From NCBI GenBank assembly GCA_963721385.1, contig CAVRJB010000019.1:901513-965512 (forward strand): a stretch of 64,000 bases of DNA, read 5' to 3'. The notes under the pieces were generated by a model. The model was not told the origin of the DNA. It saw only the letters and a list, made by a program, of their open reading frames with translations, and searched no databases. The stretch's first letter is position 1. Each line of letters begins with the position of its first letter. A program made the translations under genes and the position numbers. Below are positions 61,759-64,000 of the stretch, in pieces. The DNA comes from an uncultured Acidobacteriota bacterium. GTDB lineage: Bacteria > Acidobacteriota > Thermoanaerobaculia > UBA5066.

Positions 61759-62349
61759 ATGAAGAAGAGTTCCCGTTCCCTTGCGCTCGTCGTCGTCCTG
61801 GCGGTGCTGGCGGGCGGCTGCTCGACGAACACTCAGGGCGATGATCCGTCTCCGGTCTTCCTGACGGCCGGTTTCACGCTCCTGCCGGCCATCAAGTGCG
61901 TCAACGACGGCACTCTTCTCCAGTTCGATTCGACAACGCTGAACAGCCGGCTGAAGGGGTCGGCCACGGCGGGCTCTTCCGGATTCCTCGACACCCGGGT
62001 GGAGACGTACACGATCGTCTGGACCCGCGTCGACGGCGGCAAGACCGCGTCGCCGACGGAGACCTTTGGCGGCAACGTCTTGGTGCCGGCCGGCGGCCAG
62101 TCGTCCCTCCAGAACTACCCCTTCATGAGCATCTCCGCGCTCCAGGAGCCGCCCTTGAACCAGCTCTTCCCTTTCAACGGGGGCGTCGATCGGGAGACGG
62201 GGAAGTCCGAAATCCGGCAGGCCGGCACCGTGACGTGGTACGGGCACACGGTTTCCGGCCAGCCGGTCACCTCGGTGCCCGCGGTGTTCAACATGACGTT
62301 TATCTATTGCGCGGCCGCAGGTCGAATCGAAATCTCCCGAGCCCATTGA
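61759..62349 (+). CDS. Lipoprotein of unknown function
   Basis: Within ORF 61645..62349, from ATG 61759: MKKSSRSLALVVVLAVLAGGCS (lipobox). No family recognised. Confidence 0.6.
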   Translation: MKKSSRSLALVVVLAVLAGGCSTNTQGDDPSPVFLTAGFTLLPAIKCVNDGTLLQFDSTTLNSRLKGSATAGSSGFLDTRVETYTIVWTRVDGGKTASPTETFGGNVLVPAGGQSSLQNYPFMSISALQEPPLNQLFPFNGGVDRETGKSEIRQAGTVTWYGHTVSGQPVTSVPAVFNMTFIYCAAAGRIEISRAH

Positions 62350-62412
62350 GCCGGCGCGCCCGATGTTTGGAAACGATCGCCCGCACCCTGGGAGGCTGAC
62401 GAGGTGAAAACC

Positions 62413-64000
62413 ATGCGCCGAATCCTGAGTCCCTTCGCCGCGTCCGCGGCGGGGCTGGCCCTGCTGCTCTCCGGCTGCTCCGGCGAGTCGCCGACCGCCC
62501 CCAAGACCGTCCCGACCCCGGTGCCCCCGGGCTGCGGTGTCGTCGCTGACGCTGCCGTCGGGTCCGATTGACACGCTCGGCGGCACCGCGGTCGTGATCC
62601 GCGCCACGGTGAAGAAGGACGGACAGGCCGTCCCGGACGGCACGTCGGTGACCTTCATGACCGATTTCGGCTTCTTCAACGAGAACGGCCTTCCGACGAT
62701 CTCGAAGACGACGTCCGGCGGAGCGGCCGACGTGACGCCCGGCTCCTTCAACACCGGGAGCGCGAACGTCCGGGCCTCTTTCGAGTGCGGGACGGCGACG
62801 GTCCAGATCAACTACCTGCAGGCCCCCACCTCGGGGCCGTACATTTCCTCCATCGACCCGAGCGCGGGATCGGTGAAGGGCGGCGAGACCGTTTCGATCC
62901 TCGGCGGCCGGTTCGGGACCGACCTCGCGACCACACTGGTGTCGTTCGGCGGCATTCCGGCGTCGGTGAAGACGGTCACAAACACGCAGATCACCGTCTC
63001 GACCCCGTCGTGGACCCTGGCGAATCCGAGCGTCCCGGAGGCCGTCAACGTCTCCGTCACGGTGGCCGGTACGACGGTTACCAAGGTCAAGGGTTACACG
63101 TACGTCGGGATCGATCCGAACAAGCGGGTCTTCGTGTCGAACGTGTCGCCCAACACCGGCTCCCCTGCGGGCGGGGACCAGGTCAACGTGTACGGCGGCA
63201 ACTTCGGGAGCTCGGTGGCGACGACCCGGGTGACGTTCTGCGGGCTGCCCGCCACGATCACGACCCAGACCGACGCGCAGATCATCGTCCTGACCCCGAA
63301 CAAGACGCTCGCCGACCCGTTGGTCGCCGAGACGTGCGACGTCGCCGTGACGACCGACCTCGGCCTCGTGTCGCAGCAGTCGGCGGTCCTGCCCCGGGCG
63401 TTCACATACACGCCCTTGGCGCTACCAGCCGGTCATCAACTCGATCTCGCCCAAGGTGGGCCCGAATGACGCCACGACCCGCGTCACGATCTTCGGCACG
63501 GGCTTCCAGTTCCCGTTGCAGGTCTTCATGACCGGAGGCGGCTGCGGCACGCAGAGGATCGAGGGGACGATTCTCAACCCGATCACGCTGACGAACGTCG
63601 TCTTCGGGACGCCCCGCGCGATCGGCCCGTACTCGTGCCTCTCCAACTCGCTCGTCGACGTCGAGGTCCTCAACCCGACGACCGGCAAGAAGGCGAGCTG
63701 CCCGGCGTGCTTCCGCTATTACGGTTGCCCGACCGTCACCGGCATCTCCCCGTCGCTGATCCCGTATGACCAGACGACGCTCGTGACGGTCAGCGGCAAC
63801 AACTTCGAGGAGCCGATCGAAGCCACGTACCAGCCGACGAGCCCGTCGGGCGGCGCGGTTCGCGTCAACGTGACGTCGGTCGCCGCGGGCAGCGTCATCG
63901 TCCAGATGCCGCCGCTCAACCAGATCCTGCAGAGTGGCGGCGGCCAGACGAACTGCCAGAACGTCACCGGAACGCTGACCCTGACGTCGACGGCCCTCAC
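62413..64000 (+). CDS. Lipoprotein with Big-like and at least 4 IPT/TIG domains; 2 apparent +1 frameshifts; continues beyond window end
   Basis: ATG 62413 (GAGGTGA SD): MRRILSPFAASAAGLALLLSGCS. After a +1 shift at ~62525 it continues in ORF 62537..63469. After a +1 shift at ~63415 it enters a frame absent from the track (own translation: YQPVINSISPKVGPNDATTRVTIFGTGFQ...PTVTGISPSLIPYDQTTLVTVSGNNFE...). IPT/TIG starts: ISSIDPSAGSVKGGETVSILGGRFG, VSNVSPNTGSPAGGDQVNVYGGNFG. Confidence 0.7.

Overview
High-GC (roughly 68-70% by eye) bacterial chromosomal segment. Gene content looks Acidobacteriota-like, but I cannot verify that without a search. I support about 60 features.

Layout, left to right:
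- fadBA beta-oxidation genes (1-2753, minus strand).
- A secreted PepSY-domain protein.
- A same-strand cluster at 3919-10242: Rieske oxygenase, APC permease, corrinoid protein, homocysteine S-methyltransferase-domain protein, B12 activation-domain protein and a non-pyrrolysine MttB-family methyltransferase.
- An accessory island of about 11 kb (10243-21487). It holds a large Rhs/YD-repeat polymorphic toxin with an internal 84-bp tandem-repeat (Pro/Thr-rich) tract, two alternative C-terminal toxin + immunity modules separated by a repeated non-coding element, and a vapBC pair.
- A nine-gene minus-strand efflux supra-operon (21488-32587): small NHLP-clan-like protein, TolC-like OMF, MFP, RND pump, then HlyD, two ABC ATPases and two ABC-2 permeases.
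- Housekeeping genes: pterin dehydratase, mnmA, ECF sigma/anti-sigma, cysE, folK, tgt, yajC, an sbcD-like/AAA-ATPase pair, secDF, a DAACS symporter, dedA, relA/spoT and rpmB.
- pilMNOPQ, followed by a lipoprotein and an IPT/TIG-repeat lipoprotein that runs off the window.

Most interesting observation: the first Rhs C-terminal toxin is a Cys-rich HExxH zincin. Its translationally coupled immunity gene encodes a secreted protein whose mature N-terminus (Cys-x-Cys) and cysteine spacing (1, 3, 73, 101) mirror eukaryotic TIMP metalloprotease inhibitors.

Caveats:
- Many unrelated genes carry +1 frameshifts at short G/C runs, so sequence quality (indel errors) is a concern.
- The ORF track omits ORFs that run off the window edge. 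fadA, most of fadB and the last IPT/TIG frame were read directly from the sequence.
- No tRNA, rRNA or CRISPR array was found.
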